From NCBI GenBank assembly GCA_973851085.1, contig OZ316776.1:11284001-11348000 (forward strand): a stretch of 64,000 nucleotides of DNA, given 5' to 3'. Below are positions 62,901-64,000 of this stretch, one piece after another. The position numbers and the translations under genes are program-made. Below the pieces are notes generated by a model. That model did not search any database. It saw only the letters and a list, made by a program, of their open reading frames with translations, and was not told the DNA's origin. The stretch comes from Ptychomitrium polyphyllum. Lineage: Eukaryota. Each line of letters begins with the position of its first letter. Within the stretch, counting starts at the first letter, position 1.

Positions 62901-63968
62901 AGCCAGGTCTTGCGAAACCAAAACGGCAATTCGTCGAAGACTTGTCTCGAGTCCTTCTTTAACCTCCTCAAACCGAGTAAGCATAGATTCGCCTTTAATA
63001 GCCTGCAAAGGTGGCAGTTCAGGACTAGTTGTTGCCAGAATACTCACTTTGATCCCACACGACGCAGGCATATAAGCAAATGATGCACGGTGTGTGCAAG
63101 AGCAAGCTTGAAATTCGGTAGGCACTACCATTTAGGTGTTGAAGCATAAGACTGATAAATGCATGAAGGCCAAACGTAAACTCGATGCAAAAAACAAGCC
63201 AGATGCTTGCCTAAGAAGGAGAAAGACATACCAAATACAACTTGCTAGAATCTGAACAGTACTGCAAGAGCGAGCGAGCTTTGTCAAGGGCTAACTGCAA
63301 TGCACAGAGTGCCTGAATCCCTGCTTTGCGAAACCGTCCACGCTCGGAATCCAGAGAAGGCCCAAAAATGTGCATACGTTTCACAAGCGCAGCTAAGGTT
63401 GCGCACATTTCAGCATGAAGCTGCATAAAATAGAAAACTCAAGTTCAAACTCTAGACATGGTTTAGGACTCCATTAGCACCAAGCAACGGGGCAAATGCG
63501 GCTAGAAACATCAGGTGTCTCGATCTAACTAAAACTAAAATGCATCCAAAATCCTTCCCACAATGAACGACCTGGTATCCAGCAGATTATGATGATCACG
63601 TATTAAAATAATTCGGAAGCATTTCCATCTATTTGTAAGCACAAAAGGCACCCAAGACTACAACACAACAAAGCATACCTGAGGAGGCTTGCCAAAGCTA
63701 GGACCCGGCGAAAATCGAGGGCTTTGCAGGGACCGAGGACTTCCTGCAGAGCGTGGGCTTTCCATGAAACCGGAAGTCTGGATAGAACTCCGCAAAGACC
63801 GAGGACTTCCAACAGAGCGTGGACTATCCATAAGACCAGAGATTTGGATAGGAGTTCTAAGACCCCGAGGACTTCCTACAGAACGTGGACTTTCAATAAG
63901 TCCGGAGGTCTGCATGGGACTCCGAGGTACGGGACAAGTGTCTATCCTTCCCTCCGCTGTCTGCAGCT
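59986..63968 (-). CDS. U-box/ARM-repeat E3 ubiquitin ligase (PUB6/7/45-like), 5' end probably beyond the window
   Basis: Exons ~63968(or ATG 63915)-63679, 63420-63232, 63002-62895, 62561-61189, 60835-59986. UND region (GIQALCAL...LLQYCSDSSKLYLAI), U-box [34 protein letters not shown]...TCPKT...LTPNYCVKGLIASWCE, then ARM repeats. Confidence 0.93.
63715..63924 (-). repeat. 66 bp (22 aa) coding tandem repeat x3 in the PUB N-terminus
   Basis: RSPMQTSGLIESPRSVGSPRGL / RTPIQISGLMDSPRSVGSPRSL / RSSIQTSGFMESPRSAGSPRSL / QSPR. Confidence 0.85.
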
Positions 63969-64000
63969 CTGTTTATTACCAAAATTCACGAAGTGCTTCA

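Overview
Eukaryotic, intron-rich land-plant genomic DNA, most likely a moss/bryophyte (inferred from gene architecture, a phototropin with a long N-terminal extension, and AT-rich decayed-repeat spacers). I assembled these genes by hand from GT-AG splice sites: RPL28 (partial, -), a divergent REF/SRPP/LDAP-like gene (-), an HD2/HDT histone deacetylase (+), sterol methyltransferase SMT1 (+), a SYP12-type syntaxin (-), an intronless rhomboid protease (-), an orphan 3-TM protein (+), an orphan two-exon ORF (-), a 15-exon phototropin (-) and a PUB6/7/45-like U-box/ARM E3 ligase (-, probably 5' truncated). The most notable element missed by the ORF track is a family of box C/D snoRNAs. Three intact copies sit in the last two introns of the HD2 gene and carry a guide complementary to the 25S rRNA segment GAUUAACGAGAU. 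A fourth, diverged copy lies in an intron of the neighbouring, unrelated SMT1 gene. Also present are a ~1.15 kb solo LTR with target-site duplication, several gene relics (syntaxin N-terminus, nsLTP, LINE) and SP/TP repeat arrays in the U-box protein. Family assignments and rRNA sequence come from recall, not database searches.
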